Positions 22,961-25,710 of a stretch of DNA of 25,710 bases are shown here, one piece after another. The stretch comes from a virus. Taxonomy: Duplodnaviria > Heunggongvirae > Uroviricota > Caudoviricetes. Under the pieces are notes generated by a model, which was not told the DNA's origin, searched no databases, and worked only from the letters and a program-made list of their open reading frames with translations. Each line of letters starts with the position of its first letter. Within the stretch, counting starts at the first letter, position 1. Both the position numbers and the translations under genes were made by a program. Location: positions 1-25,710 of IMG/VR virus record IMGVR_UViG_3300043410_000715; one strand, 5' to 3'.

Positions 22961-23290
22961 ATGTTTAAAAAACTCTTACTTGTATTGTGTATAAGTTCAG
23001 TTTATGCACAAGACGCTAAAAAATTACCTCCGATTGAACCCGAAGCCATCACGTTTGAGGCTCAGTGTTTTGACACTGATGTTCTATTCGGAGAACTACG
23101 CCGTAGCTACAGAGAAGTACCGTTAGCTACTGGTAAGGCTGATGATGAAGCCGAATCTATAATGAGTATTTGGATACACCCGACTTTAAGTACGTGGTCT
23201 ATTATTGCAACTAAAAATTCATTATCATGTGTAATTGGGTATGGAAAGGAGTTTAATGTAGTTCCCTACCCAAGAGGAAAATCTCTATGA
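22961..23290 (+). CDS. Exported hypothetical protein with signal peptide
   Basis: MFKKLLLVLCISSVYAQ is a Sec-type signal ending in VYA. Two further Cys could form a disulfide. Confidence 0.75.
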   Translation: MFKKLLLVLCISSVYAQDAKKLPPIEPEAITFEAQCFDTDVLFGELRRSYREVPLATGKADDEAESIMSIWIHPTLSTWSIIATKNSLSCVIGYGKEFNVVPYPRGKSL

Positions 23291-24024
23291 TTAGAAAATT
23301 GGTAACATTTATATGTTCCTTTTTGGTTGTTTTATCTGCAACTGCAACTCCATTGACTGCACAAGCATGGTTGCTAGCTGATGAAGCGGGGAACATTCTT
23401 GAGGGGTCAAACATAGCAGAAGTACGTGCGATTGGTAGCATAACTAAATTAATGTCTGCTATAGTTGTGTTAGATAGCGGTCAATCATTATTAGAAACAA
23501 TTCCAAAAAAATTACACAACAAAAAATTTACACGGTTAGAATTGCTAGAACTATCGATTGTTAAATCAGACAACAGTGCGGCAAAGATATTGTGCGATTT
23601 TTATCCAGGTGGATATAAAAGTTGTGTAAGGGCAATGAATGACAAAGCAATGGCATTGGGAATGTTTCGCAGTGAATTCACTGATCCAACTGGATTATAC
23701 GACACAAACGTAAGTACAGCAGAGGATTTAATTAAGTTAGTATCAGCCGCAAGTGCGTATAATGTTATTACAAAGGCTAGCAACACTATGAGATTGACAT
23801 ATCCTATCACTTCTAAAAAGGTCGCAACGTTTAACAATACTAATTCACTTGTAGGTCATGACTTTGATTTTATAGTGAGCAAGACAGGCTTTATTCGCAA
23901 GAGTGGCGGATGTATTGTAATGATGTTAAAAACAAACAACGGTGTTAGAACAGTTGTTTTATTGGGAAGCAAGAATACAAAGACACGTATTCCTGAAGCA
24001 AAGATGATTGCAAGTTTACATTAA
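23287..24024 (+). CDS. Peptidase S11 family D-Ala-D-Ala endo/carboxypeptidase, PBP7 (PbpG)-like
   Basis: Signal peptide plus SxxK (SITK), SxN (SDN) and KTG motifs, with FTDPTGL...NVSTAEDL. Confidence 0.9.
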   Translation: MIRKLVTFICSFLVVLSATATPLTAQAWLLADEAGNILEGSNIAEVRAIGSITKLMSAIVVLDSGQSLLETIPKKLHNKKFTRLELLELSIVKSDNSAAKILCDFYPGGYKSCVRAMNDKAMALGMFRSEFTDPTGLYDTNVSTAEDLIKLVSAASAYNVITKASNTMRLTYPITSKKVATFNNTNSLVGHDFDFIVSKTGFIRKSGGCIVMMLKTNNGVRTVVLLGSKNTKTRIPEAKMIASLH

Positions 24025-24302
24025 ACTTGTTTCTTCACGTACTTATTTTTATCTTTCTTGGGAGTATAATCAACACCTGCAATGGGTGTGTAGTCTTTAG
24101 CTACGGGATTAATCATGTCATCACCGTACTTTAACGTGATTAAACTAAAATTCTGTTCATTCTTTTCTGATTCAATACCAACCATTAAATGTCGAAACCA
24201 TTTAATTTTTATATCAACGATTTGTTTAACAATAGGATCCTTTAGGATATCATCAAAGTTATTAGATTCGCGGTAAAATGTATAGTACTTCATGTTTTCC
24301 AT
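24021..24302 (-). CDS. Hypothetical protein
   Basis: 93-aa ORF (alternative ATG at 24293). Its stop shares TTAA with the convergent S11 gene. Confidence 0.75.
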   Translation of the reverse strand: MENMKYYTFYRESNNFDDILKDPIVKQIVDIKIKWFRHLMVGIESEKNEQNFSLITLKYGDDMINPVAKDYTPIAGVDYTPKKDKNKYVKKQV

Positions 24303-24487
24303 AACGTGAATGCTACTGCATCACGCTCCTCGTCAAAGAAAAATTCATAAACGCCAGCACCAGCCCCCGCTGGTTCTAATTGATTCCAACCCCACTCACC
24401 TGTGCAATTTCTTTCGCACCAGCTTATGATGGGTGTTAAATCTCCGTACAGTAATGCGATATCAACTTTTCTCGTATTTGGTGACAC
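24290..24487 (-). CDS. Small hypothetical protein
   Basis: GTG start after GGAG; IISWCERNC...YEFFFDEERDAVAF. Confidence 0.7.
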   Translation of the reverse strand: MSPNTRKVDIALLYGDLTPIISWCERNCTGEWGWNQLEPAGAGAGVYEFFFDEERDAVAFTLWKT

Positions 24488-25001
24488 TTACTCCACCTTT
24501 AGTTAAGAACTCTATCCCAGATTCATCACGGTATGAATCTCGGTAGAACACATTTTTGATACCCGATTGGAATATCATTTTCGCACAATGAATACACGGT
24601 GCTGTAGTTACAAACAATGTTGCGTTTTCACTGGATTCAGTTGAACCGGACACTTTAGCAATTGCGTTACTTTCAGCATGTAACACCTCGTCTTTAGTGA
24701 CTAGCTTATATCTAGCAGTATATTCCCAAGGCTCACCTGCTTCTGTATGTCTGATTTGTTCCTCAGTGAGCGGCCAACGTTCATGTATTTCTTCAGGGGC
24801 TAACCAACCACCTGCGTCAATACTCATGTATTCTTTGTACTCACATTCGTTATCCCAACCAGTGGGCATACCATTATAGCCGTATGACAAAATGCGATTG
24901 TCTTTAACGATGACAGCACCAACTTGTCTGCGAATCGCATGGCTGAGTTTACCTGTACGTTCTGCAACGTCCATGTAATAGTCTATATATTTTTGCTTCA
25001 T
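24462..25001 (-). CDS. dCMP deaminase
   Basis: [28 protein letters not shown] and PCIHC zinc ligands. Confidence 0.93.
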   Translation of the reverse strand: MKQKYIDYYMDVAERTGKLSHAIRRQVGAVIVKDNRILSYGYNGMPTGWDNECEYKEYMSIDAGGWLAPEEIHERWPLTEEQIRHTEAGEPWEYTARYKLVTKDEVLHAESNAIAKVSGSTESSENATLFVTTAPCIHCAKMIFQSGIKNVFYRDSYRDESGIEFLTKGGVSVTKYEKS

Positions 25002-25324
25002 TTTTCTAGGAATATTTTTTTATCAGGATTCTTAGCCCATTCATCTGCACTAGGAAGTTCTGGTTTCTTTTTAGTTATGTTGGGCCATTTCTTGCTTAGT
25101 TCAGTGTTTATGTCAAACCAATATTTTTGTTCTTCTGGTGAAATATCATCTTCGTGTACAATAGCCTTTACTGGGCATTCAGGTATACACACACCGCAAT
25201 CAATGCATTCATCTGGGTTGATGGTGAGAAAATTAGGACCTTCGTAGAAGCAATCAACTGGGCACACGATAACACAATCTGTGTATTTGCAATTGATGCA
25301 ATTGTTTGTAACCAAGTGTGTCAT
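24998..25324 (-). CDS. fdxA: 7Fe ([3Fe-4S][4Fe-4S]) ferredoxin, Azotobacter FdI/FdxA family
   Basis: [41 protein letters not shown]...[14 protein letters not shown]. Confidence 0.93.
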   Translation of the reverse strand: MTHLVTNNCINCKYTDCVIVCPVDCFYEGPNFLTINPDECIDCGVCIPECPVKAIVHEDDISPEEQKYWFDINTELSKKWPNITKKKPELPSADEWAKNPDKKIFLEK

Positions 25325-25548
25325 TTAATATATCCGAGTGTTTCAATTAGATATTTAGCTTCACTGTCGCTTGAAACTAAATTAAGAAGGTTGTCTGTAA
25401 TTTTAAATTTCCTACAGAATGATTGACCAAATGTTTCTCCGGACAATGAATCAAAAATAAATTCTTTACAAAAGACTTCGTATTCACTTTTGGCTATAGT
25501 CTTTTTCTGTTTATTCAACGTGGAATCATATACTAAATTTTCAAACAT
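25321..25548 (-). CDS. Hypothetical protein
   Basis: Start moved to ATG 25548 (MFENLV...), 1 nt after the upstream stop. Confidence 0.7.
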   Translation of the reverse strand: MFENLVYDSTLNKQKKTIAKSEYEVFCKEFIFDSLSGETFGQSFCRKFKITDNLLNLVSSDSEAKYLIETLGYIK

Positions 25549-25549
25549 G

Positions 25550-25710
25550 TTAATCCCACAAGTTCCTGTAATACTTGCCGAACAACTCAAGACCTTCTTG
25601 AATACGTGCTTCGTGTAGCAAGTGACCTTCATGGTCATACCAATGTGCATCGGGGTCTTTGTCAACCATTTGATAAGTTTTTTCCATAACACCTGTGATA
25701 GGGTTCGGAT
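25550..25710 (-). CDS. Partial CDS (3' end), phage hypothetical protein (not in the ORF track)
   Basis: Open from the window edge: PNPITGVMEKTYQMVDKDPDAHWYDHEGHLLHEARIQEGLELFGKYYRNLWD*. The FGKYY..LWD terminus is one I recognise from large phages. Confidence 0.75.
   Translation of the reverse strand, partial: PNPITGVMEKTYQMVDKDPDAHWYDHEGHLLHEARIQEGLELFGKYYRNLWD

Noticed and set aside
25660-25665. TTGACA on the minus strand
   Set aside because: It lies inside a CDS with no -10 box at 16-18 bp.
25549-25692. N-terminal 47 aa of the ORF-track protein 25321..25692
   Set aside because: It overlaps a more convincing gene in another frame that ends FGKYYRNLWD* at 25550. The real start is probably 25548.
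1-25710. tRNA/rRNA genes, introns, inteins, homing endonucleases, transposases, DGR, or active stop-codon recoding
   Set aside because: I saw no cloverleaf or T-loop contexts and no diagnostic motifs. Intergenic gaps are under about 100 nt, and genes tile intact under the standard code.

Overview
This AT-rich, gene-dense window looks like part of a large (jumbo or T4-superfamily-like) tailed dsDNA phage genome. No capsid, terminase or polymerase gene is present, so this is inferred from gene content and promoter style. The host-like ErpA, IF-1, 7Fe ferredoxin and PBP7-like genes suggest a proteobacterial, probably betaproteobacterial, host. Layout: (1) 1-4440 (+) is an early region of small hypothetical genes driven by four near-consensus sigma70 promoters, three of them near-clones, ending at a bidirectional terminator. 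(2) 4452-14022 (-) is a structural module: papain-like C1A peptidase, LamG-domain protein, a 2135-aa modular fibre-like protein and a 509-aa fibre-like protein whose RBS is buried in a 16-bp hairpin with TAAATA in its loop. (3) 14074-20999 (-) holds erpA, an intact plus degenerate SGNH-like pair, infA, an AbrB-like gene, a 5'(3')-nucleotidase and four paralogous sulfotransferase/P-loop-like proteins. (4) 21094-24024 (+) is a run of mostly membrane or exported proteins, including DUF4337-like and PBP7-like. (5) 24021-25710 (-) holds dCMP deaminase, ferredoxin and hypotheticals. I found no tRNA, rRNA, CRISPR array, intron or transposase. All family calls come from motif recognition by eye, not database searches.
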